From a virus (taxonomy: Duplodnaviria > Caudoviricetes): a stretch of 64,000 nt of DNA. This document shows, piece by piece, positions 38,585 to 46,813 of this stretch; positions within the stretch are counted from its first letter, which is position 1; every line of letters begins with the position of its first letter. The stretch spans positions 128,001 to 192,000 of IMG/VR virus record IMGVR_UViG_3300032334_001433. The stretch is one strand, 5' to 3'. The translations under genes were made by a program, and so were the position numbers. Below the pieces are notes generated by a model. The model was given only the letters and a program-made list of their open reading frames with translations. It was not told the origin of the DNA and ran no database searches.

Positions 38585-38590
38585 TTTTAT

Positions 38591-38665
38591 TCCTCGATAG
38601 CTCAGAGGTAGAGCAGCAGACTGTTAATCTGTTGGTCCGTGGTTCGACCCCACGTCGAGGAGCCA
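38591..38665 (+). tRNA. tRNA-Asn(GTT)
   Basis: Cloverleaf, CCA. Confidence 0.92.
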
Positions 38666-38671
38666 GTTTTA

Positions 38672-38758
38672 GGATGCGTGTGCCGAATGGTGAAGGCAGC
38701 TGACTGTAAATCAGTGACATAAGAAACGTTGGTGGTTCGAGTCCATCCGCATCCACCA
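38672..38758 (+). tRNA. tRNA-Tyr(GTA)
   Basis: Cloverleaf with long variable arm, CCA. Confidence 0.92.
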
Positions 38759-38762
38759 AAAC

Positions 38763-38837
38763 GCCTTGTTAGCTCAGCGGTAGAGCAGCGCCCTTACAAG
38801 GCGACGGTCGGCAGTTCAATCCTGTCACAAGGTACCA
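38763..38837 (+). tRNA. tRNA-Val(TAC)
   Basis: Cloverleaf, CCA. Confidence 0.92.
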
Positions 38838-38858
38838 TTTTTATTTTAAGGAAATTTT

Positions 38859-39128
38859 ATGAACTATATCCCATTGCAGAACAAAGTTCTGGTCATTGAG
38901 AATGAAAAGAAAAAAGTTACAGATAGCGGAATCTATTTAGGTGAAGCTAATGGAGACAGCAATACTCGAGCAGGTACAGTTCTTGCTATTGGGCCGGATG
39001 TTAAAGAAGTAAAGGTTGGAGATATTGTTTATCCTATGTGGACAAAATCAAAAGTAGTTAAAGACGGAGACTTGTATATTGGAATTATATCTGAAGAAGA
39101 TATTCTTGCAGTTGTAGAAGCTGAATAA
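38859..39128 (+). CDS. groES: GroES/Cpn10 co-chaperonin embedded in the tRNA array
   Basis: PLQNKVLV, SGIYL, GTVLAIGP, VKVGD, SEEDILAVV. Confidence 0.92.
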   Translation: MNYIPLQNKVLVIENEKKKVTDSGIYLGEANGDSNTRAGTVLAIGPDVKEVKVGDIVYPMWTKSKVVKDGDLYIGIISEEDILAVVEAE

Positions 39129-39135
39129 GATTTTT

Positions 39136-39210
39136 CTGCCGATAGTTCAACGGATAGAACAGTAGCCTTCTAAGCTATTAATAGAGGTTCGATTCCTCTT
39201 CGGCGGACCA
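39136..39210 (+). tRNA. tRNA-Arg(TCT)
   Basis: Cloverleaf, CCA. Confidence 0.92.
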
Positions 39211-39217
39211 TTTTTGT

Positions 39218-39291
39218 TGGGGGTTAGTGTAGCGGTAACACTACAGACTTTGACTCTGTCATCACTGGTTCGATCCCAGTACCCTCTGCCA
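39218..39291 (+). tRNA. tRNA-Gln(TTG)
   Basis: Cloverleaf, CCA. Confidence 0.92.
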
Positions 39292-39345
39292 AATTTTTTA
39301 AAAAGGAGATCTGTCATGAATAGTGACAAGAGTGATAAGATATAC

Positions 39346-39421
39346 GGGACGTTAGCTCAGTTGGTAGAGCAGTAGACTTTTAATCTATTGGCCATTGGTT
39401 CGAATCCAATACGTCCTACCA
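39346..39421 (+). tRNA. tRNA-Lys(TTT)
   Basis: Cloverleaf, CCA. Confidence 0.92.
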
Positions 39422-39436
39422 TAAAACTTTTTAGGT

Positions 39437-39509
39437 GTGGCCTTAGTGTTAGCGGTTAGCACCTCGGATTGTGATTCCGATAGGATGGATTCGAATTCCA
39501 TAGGCCACC
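39437..39509 (+). tRNA. tRNA-His(GTG) without encoded G-1 or complete CCA
   Basis: GTGGCCT/AGGCCAC acceptor stem, C73; flanked by an inverted repeat. Confidence 0.85.
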
Positions 39510-39526
39510 CCTAAAAAGTTTTTATT

Positions 39527-39602
39527 GCCGCGGTAGCTCATCAGGTAGAGCAGCAGACTGAAAATCTGTGTGTGGATGGTTCGAGTCCATCTCGTGGCAC
39601 CA
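39527..39602 (+). tRNA. tRNA-Phe(GAA)
   Basis: Cloverleaf, CCA. Confidence 0.92.
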
Positions 39603-39616
39603 ATTTAGAAAAATAT

Positions 39617-39693
39617 GTCTCGGTAGCTCAATTAGGCAGAGCAGTGGCCTCCAAAGCCAAAGGTTGTAAGTTCGATTCTTACCCGGGATGCCA
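39617..39693 (+). tRNA. tRNA-Trp(CCA)
   Basis: Cloverleaf, G73, CCA. Confidence 0.9.
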
Positions 39694-39702
39694 AAGAATA
39701 AC

Positions 39703-39790
39703 GGAAGATTGGCAGAGTGGCCGATTGCATCAGTCTTGAAAACTGAAGGCTCGAAAGGGTCCGTGAGTTCGAATCTCACATCTTCCTCCA
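39703..39790 (+). tRNA. tRNA-Ser(TGA)
   Basis: Long variable arm, CCA. Confidence 0.92.
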
Positions 39791-39795
39791 AATAA

Positions 39796-39885
39796 GGAGA
39801 GCGGGCAGGATGGTAATGCAGCAGATTGCTAATCTGTAGACTATAGTAATATGGTCACAGGGTTCGACTCCCTGGCTCTCCACCA
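39796..39885 (+). tRNA. tRNA-Ser(GCT)
   Basis: Long variable arm, CCA. Confidence 0.9.
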
Positions 39886-39930
39886 ATTAAGGACAGATGC
39901 AAGCACTAGCTTGTTGAGTCCACCAATTTA

Positions 39931-40007
39931 CGGCCCTTAATTCAACTGGATAGAAAGCAAGTCTTCGAAACTTGAGGTTGGGAGTTCGAATCTCTCAGGG
40001 CCGGCCA
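39931..40007 (+). tRNA. tRNA-Arg(TCG)
   Basis: Cloverleaf, CCA. Confidence 0.9.
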
Positions 40008-40014
40008 TATATAT

Positions 40015-40090
40015 GGTAACGTAGCATAGTGGCTAATGCACCACCTTCATACGGTGTTTATCGTCGGTTCGAGTCCGACCGTTACTACCA
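40015..40090 (+). tRNA. tRNA-Met(CAT)
   Basis: Cloverleaf, CCA. Confidence 0.88.
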
Positions 40091-40096
40091 AATAAT

Positions 40097-40170
40097 GCGG
40101 GTATGATGTAATGGTAGCTTATGACCTTGCCAAGGTTAATGTGAGAGTTCGATTCTCTCTACCCGCTCCA
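40097..40170 (+). tRNA. tRNA-Gly(GCC)
   Basis: Cloverleaf, U73, CCA. Confidence 0.9.
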
Positions 40171-40191
40171 TGTTTTTAAATGAGGTGAATT

Positions 40192-40674
40192 ATGAGAAAG
40201 ATAAATATTGCTGAAGTAAAAGCTTTTATTGAAGCTCAAAGTCTAGAAACCAAAATTTACATTGGTGCGGATTCTGAAAGATATAAACGCGACGGTAAAT
40301 GGTATGCAGATTATACTCTCGCAATTGTAGTTCACATCGATGGACGACATGGTTGTAAGATTTTTGGTGAAGTACAAACTGAGATTGACTATGATTCTAA
40401 GGCTCAAAGGCCTTCGATGCGTCTAATGACAGAAGTGCACAAAGTTGCAGATTTGTATCACTTGATAGAAGATTGCATTGGAGAACGGGAAGTTGAAATC
40501 CATTTGGATATTAACCCTGATCTAAGGCATAACAGTTCTATAGTGATTCAACAAGCAGTTGGTTATATCAAAGGTACTTGTAATGTTGTACCAATGGTTA
40601 AGCCAAACGCATTTGCGGCTTCTTATTGTGCAGACCGTTTGAAGGAAATTTTAGCATATCAACAAGCAGCATAA
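40192..40674 (+). CDS. RNase H-like YkuK (DUF458) family protein
   Basis: KIYIGADS, RLMTEV, EIHLDIN, KPNAFAASYCAD. Confidence 0.8.
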   Translation: MRKINIAEVKAFIEAQSLETKIYIGADSERYKRDGKWYADYTLAIVVHIDGRHGCKIFGEVQTEIDYDSKAQRPSMRLMTEVHKVADLYHLIEDCIGEREVEIHLDINPDLRHNSSIVIQQAVGYIKGTCNVVPMVKPNAFAASYCADRLKEILAYQQAA

Positions 40675-40685
40675 TTGGGGGCACT

Positions 40686-41285
40686 ATGAATATCAGCGAA
40701 GAAGACGCATGGCTTAATTGCGAATTAAATGATCTTTGGTTATTTGATAAATTAATTTTATCTCGCAAATTGGGATACGTCTGCGGACCTGCAGGTGTAC
40801 CTGTTCCGAAACCTGGTAATTACATAGTGCGTCCGGTTACTAATATAATTGGTATGGGTAAAGGTGCTTCTTTTAAATACATCGAGCACGATACTACAGA
40901 TTTGCCTGCAGGTTCTTTCTGGTGCGAAATATTTGAAGGTCGGCACATTAGTGTTGATTACATTTATGGCGCGCCAGTACTTGCAGTTGAGGGATTTAGA
41001 AATCCCGGCGATCCTTTATGGAAATTCTCAAAGTGGCAGAAGTGTGCCGATACCCTTTATATGCCTATAGAACTTTCCGTACTACGTAAGTTTGATTATG
41101 CTAATATAGAGTTCATAGGTAAAAAAGTCATCGAAGTACATCTAAGAGGAAATCCAGATTTTGTCCATGGCAACGCTGTGGCAATTCCTGTTTGGAACGA
41201 TGACGATGTTGACCAACCAGTATCCGACGAATTAAGATATATAGATGCCCCCGACTATATGAGGAAAGGCTTCTTAATAGATTAA
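40686..41285 (+). CDS. Hypothetical conserved phage protein (possibly ATP-grasp-like)
   Basis: YIVRP..N..G.G, NIEFIG...IEVHLR. Confidence 0.6.
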   Translation: MNISEEDAWLNCELNDLWLFDKLILSRKLGYVCGPAGVPVPKPGNYIVRPVTNIIGMGKGASFKYIEHDTTDLPAGSFWCEIFEGRHISVDYIYGAPVLAVEGFRNPGDPLWKFSKWQKCADTLYMPIELSVLRKFDYANIEFIGKKVIEVHLRGNPDFVHGNAVAIPVWNDDDVDQPVSDELRYIDAPDYMRKGFLID

Positions 41286-41324
41286 ATATATTTTCAGTAG
41301 ATGAAAAAATTTGTTGGTTTTTTG

Positions 41325-41332
41325 TATAAATA
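41325..41332 (+). promoter_or_regulatory. T4-type late promoter
   Basis: TATAAATA. Confidence 0.6.
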
Positions 41333-41370
41333 AATGTATAATGTAAAATCTATTTTTCAGGTGCAAAATT

Positions 41371-41802
41371 ATGCTATATAAGCCGACAGAGTTGTCTGAT
41401 CCAATATTGAATCTAATTAAGGACGATCCTGTCCGCCCTGAGATACCTGTAGAATTTAGAATCTCTGAAAACAGAGAAGTGCTTGTTTTATTAAAAGACA
41501 ATAAACCTCAAGCAGTAGTATGCGTTGCATATATGGATGACATTCCAAGTTCATGCATTGAATTACTAAAACCATCCTCAGAACCATCTACAGTAATCTT
41601 CTATACAATTTGGAGTTACATTCCTGGCGCTGGACGTGATTTGATTTTCAAAGCAAGAGACGAAATAATCAGCACAAAACCACACATCAAACGATTTGTT
41701 ACGTTGAGTCCAACGACAGAAATGGCTCGTAGATTCCACCTCAAGAACGGGGCAAAGGAATTTCGGAAGAATTTGGACACAATTAATTACGAATATGCTT
41801 GA
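41371..41802 (+). CDS. Hypothetical protein, GNAT-like
   Basis: FYTIWSY.PGAGR, TLSP.TEMARRFHLKNGA. Confidence 0.6.
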   Translation: MLYKPTELSDPILNLIKDDPVRPEIPVEFRISENREVLVLLKDNKPQAVVCVAYMDDIPSSCIELLKPSSEPSTVIFYTIWSYIPGAGRDLIFKARDEIISTKPHIKRFVTLSPTTEMARRFHLKNGAKEFRKNLDTINYEYA

Positions 41803-41827
41803 CAGATAGTCAAAAAGATGTTATAAT
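41799..41827 (+). promoter_or_regulatory. sigma70-type promoter
   Basis: TTGACA-17-TATAAT. Confidence 0.85.
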
Positions 41828-41846
41828 ATGTTTTTAAGGTGATAGT

Positions 41847-42122
41847 ATGAACGAACAAACAATGGAAACACTTCGAATTCTACAAGAAGAATGCGCTGAA
41901 GTAATCCAAGCAATCAGTAAAGTATTTCGGTTTGGTCTAGAAGCGACACATCCAGATACGCCAAATCAAACAAATCTTTATCGTCTACAGGAAGAACTTG
42001 GAGATCTATTGGCAATGATTGAATTGCTAGATAAACAAGGTGTAGTTGATAGTAATATTTTATTGCAGTGCAAATTAGACAAATTCATTAAGTTGAAAAA
42101 ATGGTCTAATATTGACACTTAA
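41847..42122 (+). CDS. MazG-like NTP pyrophosphohydrolase
   Basis: LQEECAEVIQ...EELGDLL. Confidence 0.8.
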   Translation: MNEQTMETLRILQEECAEVIQAISKVFRFGLEATHPDTPNQTNLYRLQEELGDLLAMIELLDKQGVVDSNILLQCKLDKFIKLKKWSNIDT

Positions 42123-42129
42123 ATTATTT

Positions 42130-42212
42130 GCCCGAGTGGTGGAATGGTAGACACAGGAGACTTAAAATCTCCCGCCTAGTGCGTGCTGGTTCGAGTCCGG
42201 TCTCGGGTACCA
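42130..42212 (+). tRNA. tRNA-Leu(TAA)
   Basis: Class II cloverleaf, CCA. Confidence 0.92.
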
Positions 42213-42233
42213 ATTTTTATTATAGGAGTTAGT

Positions 42234-42683
42234 ATGTCAGTTACAATTAAAAACTTAGAAAGTGCTTTGGCGGGCGAAAGCCAAGCACACGTTAAGTATC
42301 GGTATTTCGCAAAGATTGCCCGAGCAGAGGGATACGAAGAAATCGCCAAACACTTTGAGCATACAGCAGACCAAGAATTGCTACACGCTTGGGGTCACTT
42401 GGAATTGTTGATCGGTAAACCGTCAACTAAAGAATGTTTGGAAAAAGCCATTGAAGGCGAAACATACGAATTCACAGTGATGTATCCAGAGTTTAAGACT
42501 CAGGCAATACTTGAAGGTGCAACACCTGCTGTTTATATTGCAGAAGAACAGATTCAAGAATCTAAAGAACACGCTGAACAATTCAAAGAAGTATTAGCAA
42601 AAGCACAGAAACGATTTGCAGCATTGACTAACGTTGAGAAACGTCATGCCGCAGCATATCAACAAAAATTGGAGGCACTATAA
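42234..42683 (+). CDS. Rubrerythrin
   Basis: NLESALAGESQA, QELLHAW, EGETYEFTVMYPEF, ESKEHA, EKRHA. Confidence 0.9.
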   Translation: MSVTIKNLESALAGESQAHVKYRYFAKIARAEGYEEIAKHFEHTADQELLHAWGHLELLIGKPSTKECLEKAIEGETYEFTVMYPEFKTQAILEGATPAVYIAEEQIQESKEHAEQFKEVLAKAQKRFAALTNVEKRHAAAYQQKLEAL

Positions 42684-42817
42684 TGGAACACGTTTGTGTA
42701 GTGTGTGGCCATGTCCACGATGAAACTGTAGAAGGTAAATGGGAACAGCTTCCCGACGATCATGTCTGCCCTGAGTGCGGATGTGGTAAAGAAGACTACG
42801 AAAACGTAGCCAATTAA
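42683..42817 (+). CDS. Rubredoxin (not in the ORF track)
   Basis: MEHVCVVCGHVHDE...WEQLPDDHVCPECGCGKEDY. Confidence 0.9.
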   Translation: MEHVCVVCGHVHDETVEGKWEQLPDDHVCPECGCGKEDYENVAN

Positions 42818-42823
42818 AATTTT

Positions 42824-42898
42824 GCCTAGGTAGCTTAATGGTAAAGCAGGCGACTCATAATCGCTTGAGTGGGAGTTCAATTCTCTCTCTAGGCACCA
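42824..42898 (+). tRNA. tRNA-Ile2(CAT, lysidine type)
   Basis: GGCGACTCATAATCGC anticodon arm typical of bacterial Ile2; CCA. Confidence 0.8.
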
Positions 42899-42913
42899 AC
42901 AACAAAGGAAAAT

Positions 42914-43129
42914 ATGACAGCACGATATACGTCAGAAGAAGCAACCAATATGATTGGTAATAGATACAATTTAGTTCTTATTGCATCTATTCGAGCAAGA
43001 GAACTTAAACGTGGACATAAGCCAAAGATTATATCTGAAGATGGCGCAATTGTAACTGCTCTAAATGAGATTGAGCAAGGTCATATTGGTATAGAATATT
43101 TACAAAAGGTCAAAAAGCCTGGTAAATAA
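42914..43129 (+). CDS. rpoZ: RNA polymerase omega subunit homologue
   Basis: IGNRYNLVLIASIRAREL...TALNEIEQG. Confidence 0.8.
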   Translation: MTARYTSEEATNMIGNRYNLVLIASIRARELKRGHKPKIISEDGAIVTALNEIEQGHIGIEYLQKVKKPGK

Positions 43130-43132
43130 TGC

Positions 43133-43161
43133 TTGACAGAAATTCATTTTTCTGTTATAAT
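43133..43161 (+). promoter_or_regulatory. sigma70-type promoter
   Basis: TTGACA-17-TATAAT. Confidence 0.85.
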
Positions 43162-43237
43162 AGCAAGATACAGTAACGAATCAACCGCCGTTACTGTAAA
43201 ATTTTTGAAGCGGTTATTTTGTTTAATGGAGATATAT

Positions 43238-43480
43238 ATGCTTAAATCGCGTATTTTGAATGTACTTAAGTCTGGGCGTCAATTCACCCCAGCACAATTG
43301 GCTGGTTTGACACAAAGCAAAGAGGATAGCGTACGTCCTCGTATTAGCGAACTTCGCGCCGAAGGTTATGCTGTTTATACTAACACCACAAAGAACGGTA
43401 AGCAAGCATACCGTCTTGGCACACCTTCACGTGCAATGGTAGCAGCAGCTTACGCAGCACAAGGCAACGCAGCATTCTAA
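43238..43480 (+). CDS. Winged-helix HTH DNA-binding protein
   Basis: SVRPRISELRAEGY; SD GGAG supports ATG 43238. Confidence 0.75.
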   Translation: MLKSRILNVLKSGRQFTPAQLAGLTQSKEDSVRPRISELRAEGYAVYTNTTKNGKQAYRLGTPSRAMVAAAYAAQGNAAF

Positions 43481-43564
43481 ATTAATTTAGAACGAACACT
43501 TCTGCCCGTTTTTTATAGACAAAGTGTTTCCGTAAGGCGTAAGCGGAATTTTTAGGATTATATT

Positions 43565-43858
43565 ATGGCTTTATATCTAGTTGAAACCGTTACAATGTTC
43601 CGTCACTATTACGTAGTTGACGCTAAAGAAGCTGACCACGCTGGCGACACAGTTGCTATGCAAGAAGCTGAAGAATTTGACCAACAATATCTTGGTGAAA
43701 CGATTGTTTCTACACGAGAAATTACTAAGAAAGAATTTTTTCAGATGGCAGATACCGCTACCAACGGTCATCTGGGCGAAAACAATATCTGCAAAGTAGA
43801 TTATGCTTCGCAAGAACGTCCAAATTATTCTTCAAACGTAGAAGGCATTGGTATCTAA
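43565..43858 (+). CDS. Hypothetical protein
   Basis: ORF with SD. Confidence 0.7.
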   Translation: MALYLVETVTMFRHYYVVDAKEADHAGDTVAMQEAEEFDQQYLGETIVSTREITKKEFFQMADTATNGHLGENNICKVDYASQERPNYSSNVEGIGI

Positions 43859-43859
43859 T

Positions 43860-44426
43860 ATGGTATACAATTTTGAAGATGCAGCGCTTCGCAAACAAGC
43901 AAAGCGTTTGCATCTAATCCGTCGCATTGATGCACGTCCATTGACTGCAGAAGAAACTGAGATGGTTAATTCCTTTGGTAAGTGGGATTATCAAAAGAAG
44001 AAAAAAGAATTAACCCCAGAGCAAAAAGAAAAGTTGCGAATTAAAACTCGCGCTGCAAATAGAGCAAAGAAAGCTTCCCCTGAAAAATTTGGTGTAACCG
44101 AATATACTGCTCTTAAGAATCGAGTTGCTGCTCATGAAAAGAAAGGTCGTAAGATGTTATTCAATCTTACTCCCGAGTATATTCAAAGTAAATTCAACGC
44201 ATGCGAAGGTAAATGTGCTATTACTAAAATTCCATTCAAGATGGAATTGGGAACAAAGGGAAACCGAAACCCTTTTCGACCTAGTGTAGATCGTATCAAT
44301 TCAAAGAAAGGATACGTCAAAGGCAATATACAGATTATTCTAGCTGTTGTCAATACCATGAAAATGGACTACACAGACGATGTTTTACACCCAGTAATAG
44401 AAGCCTGGTATAAAAATATCAAATAA
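43860..44426 (+). CDS. HNH/His-Me-finger-like endonuclease
   Basis: CAITKIPF...[18 protein letters not shown]...N. Confidence 0.65.
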   Translation: MVYNFEDAALRKQAKRLHLIRRIDARPLTAEETEMVNSFGKWDYQKKKKELTPEQKEKLRIKTRAANRAKKASPEKFGVTEYTALKNRVAAHEKKGRKMLFNLTPEYIQSKFNACEGKCAITKIPFKMELGTKGNRNPFRPSVDRINSKKGYVKGNIQIILAVVNTMKMDYTDDVLHPVIEAWYKNIK

Positions 44427-44432
44427 TCCTAC

Positions 44433-44460
44433 AAACCGGCGAGCAATTCGCCGGTTTTCT
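44433..44460 (+). terminator. Intrinsic terminator
   Basis: AAACCGGCGA-GCAA-TTCGCCGGTTTT. Confidence 0.75.
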
Positions 44461-44484
44461 ACGTGTTTCGTAAATTTGATTTAA

Positions 44485-44492
44485 TATAAATA
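44485..44492 (+). promoter_or_regulatory. T4-type late promoter
   Basis: TATAAATA. Confidence 0.75.
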
Positions 44493-44525
44493 ATATTAGT
44501 ATCAATTCATTTAAATGGAAGAAAC

Positions 44526-45620
44526 ATGAAACAATTCAAAGAACTTAGAGAATCCGCTGCAATCGTCGCAAAAACATTAGCAGAAGAATTAGAAATTCTC
44601 GAGGAAGCCGCAGGGTCTACTGCAGCACATATGGGCCCAGCATTTGAAACGAGTTTCATGCAACACGCCCATCCAAATAAAGAACATCCTCCAAAATTTT
44701 CCAATGAGGAAAATATGTCTCCCGCGGAAGCACATACACATCATCACGGAAATCTAACACCGGAACATAGTGCACATATTCATGCCGGTGCAGAACAAAC
44801 TTATGCTGCAGTTCACAAACACTTAGAACAGCATCATGGCATAGGTAAAAATGAAACATTGCACGCAACTTGGACATCTAGACCAGGGCAACTATCAAAA
44901 GTATCGGGGCATGCTGGAGATAAAAATAATCCAGGCGACGCGTTATTAAGTACATCAAAAGGTAAGCATTTTGCTATTAGTTTGAAGGTAGGCGAAAAGC
45001 CTGGTTTAAGATCTCCTGGTCTTAAAGACTTAAACAAAATGGCAAAGATTCCCGAGCATCACGCCGCAGAATCTCAGCGTAATATTGATACACATAAAGA
45101 ACATCTAGTTGCAATGACAAACAGAGGTTCTGGTAAAAGCAAATTAATTACTGGATCGAATCAAAACGAACGCAATACTCAATTTAGGGCTTTAGAAAAA
45201 AGTCCTCAGCATGCGGATAGAGTTGCAAAAGTTAAAAAAGCTAGCTCGGATTTTAGATCTGGTTTAGCATCTCATTATGCAACACACTTTAATAATCTAA
45301 GCCATGAAGATAAAGCTCATGCAGTTAAGAGATTAATGAATGCAGAAGAGACTCCAACGCCGGTAATCAAAGCACATTATGATACTAAGAAGAACAAGGT
45401 AAATATTTCAAGTCCGCACGAAGAATTTAATACAATGCATTCTAAAGTAAAGCATTATAACTTCTCAAGTAAGGGAACATATATGCACGTTCATGCTGAG
45501 GATCAAAGTGGTAAACAACATCATATTGCTAAGATCTCTTTTAAAGATAAAAGTTCTCCGATGACAAATATTGTCGGTGCAGTATCACATGGTAAAGATT
45601 ATGAAAAGTTGGCAAAATGA
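44526..45620 (+). CDS. His-rich putative internal head protein with a PD-(D/E)xK-like motif
   Basis: MKQFKELRE N-terminus; PGD...AISLK. Confidence 0.55.
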   Translation: MKQFKELRESAAIVAKTLAEELEILEEAAGSTAAHMGPAFETSFMQHAHPNKEHPPKFSNEENMSPAEAHTHHHGNLTPEHSAHIHAGAEQTYAAVHKHLEQHHGIGKNETLHATWTSRPGQLSKVSGHAGDKNNPGDALLSTSKGKHFAISLKVGEKPGLRSPGLKDLNKMAKIPEHHAAESQRNIDTHKEHLVAMTNRGSGKSKLITGSNQNERNTQFRALEKSPQHADRVAKVKKASSDFRSGLASHYATHFNNLSHEDKAHAVKRLMNAEETPTPVIKAHYDTKKNKVNISSPHEEFNTMHSKVKHYNFSSKGTYMHVHAEDQSGKQHHIAKISFKDKSSPMTNIVGAVSHGKDYEKLAK

Positions 45621-46813
45621 TTTCCTTTTCATCATTCCTAAATGAATCTGCAAATGAGGAAAAATTAACTCATTTAGAACACGCAGAAGACCATCCTATT
45701 AATGCAGGTGAAGAAGGTTTTAAACATTCATTCAACACTATGCATGAAACGCACAGAGCGTTACAAGGCAAGAAATCATCTGTATCTTTGTCAACAAAAT
45801 ATGATGGTTCTCCTTCAGTTGTTTTTGGACATCATCCAGAATCAGGTAGATTCTTTGTTGCATCTAAATCTGCATTCAATAAAAATCCAAAATTAAATTA
45901 TACTGAATCGGACATACAAAAGCATCACGGCCATGCACCTGGGCTTGTGCATAAGTTAACCGCAGCATTGCATCATTTGCCAAAAGTTACTCCAAACCGA
46001 GGAGTGTTTCAGGGCGACATAATGCATTCAGGTGTAAAGAGTAAATCAAATCCACATGGAGATGTAGAATCTTCTGCAGGATCAGTACACTTTAAGCCAA
46101 ACACTATAACTTATTCTGCAAAGAATAATACGCCAGAAGCAGCAAAAGCAAAAGAATCTAAAATAGGTGTTGCTGTTCATACTGCATATCATGGTAATAG
46201 TATGGAACATATGAAAGCACATTATAATGCAGATGTTTCGCATTTTAATAAGCATCCAGATGTCCATGTAATTGATACTTCATTCAAACATTCTTCAGCA
46301 CAATATACTCCTGAAGCACAGAAAGCTTTTGAAGGACATATGAAGAAGGCAGTTGAGGCACACAATAAATTAAAAGATTATAGTCACCTTGAAGGCCAGC
46401 ATGAAGCACATAAAGAGCATTTAAAAACCTATATTAATTCTACAGTTAGAGAAGGTAGTACTCCTACAGTTGCAGGATATAGAGCCCACTTAAAAGGTAG
46501 ATTGCAGAAAGAAGTTGATAAGGTTAAAACACCTAAAGCAAAAGAAGCAAAGACTGCAACTTTAAACGCAGCAATGGCACATATAGATAAGCATGAGCCT
46601 GCATTTAAATCTACATTAGAAGTTCATAAACATTTACAAAATGCAAAGAATGTCTTGGTACATACACTTGCAGGATCACATTATGATTACCATCATTCTA
46701 TTAACGGCAAAGCAACTAAACCTGAAGGACACGTTGCAGTAATAAACAACCGCCCAACAAAATTAGTAGATAGATCAGACTTTAGCAGAGAAAATTTTTC
46801 GAGGCAATCATGA
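45617..46813 (+). CDS. His-rich conserved T4-like protein with a KxDG nucleotidyltransferase-like motif
   Basis: MISFSSFLNE; THLEHAED; TKYDGSP; FQGD. Confidence 0.55.
   Translation: MISFSSFLNESANEEKLTHLEHAEDHPINAGEEGFKHSFNTMHETHRALQGKKSSVSLSTKYDGSPSVVFGHHPESGRFFVASKSAFNKNPKLNYTESDIQKHHGHAPGLVHKLTAALHHLPKVTPNRGVFQGDIMHSGVKSKSNPHGDVESSAGSVHFKPNTITYSAKNNTPEAAKAKESKIGVAVHTAYHGNSMEHMKAHYNADVSHFNKHPDVHVIDTSFKHSSAQYTPEAQKAFEGHMKKAVEAHNKLKDYSHLEGQHEAHKEHLKTYINSTVREGSTPTVAGYRAHLKGRLQKEVDKVKTPKAKEAKTATLNAAMAHIDKHEPAFKSTLEVHKHLQNAKNVLVHTLAGSHYDYHHSINGKATKPEGHVAVINNRPTKLVDRSDFSRENFSRQS

Noticed and set aside
38225-38759. ORFs 38225-38530, 38394-38759 and 38425-38703 (also 39147-39329 and 39522-39791)
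   Set aside because: They are chance frames across GC-rich tRNA genes with clear cloverleafs.
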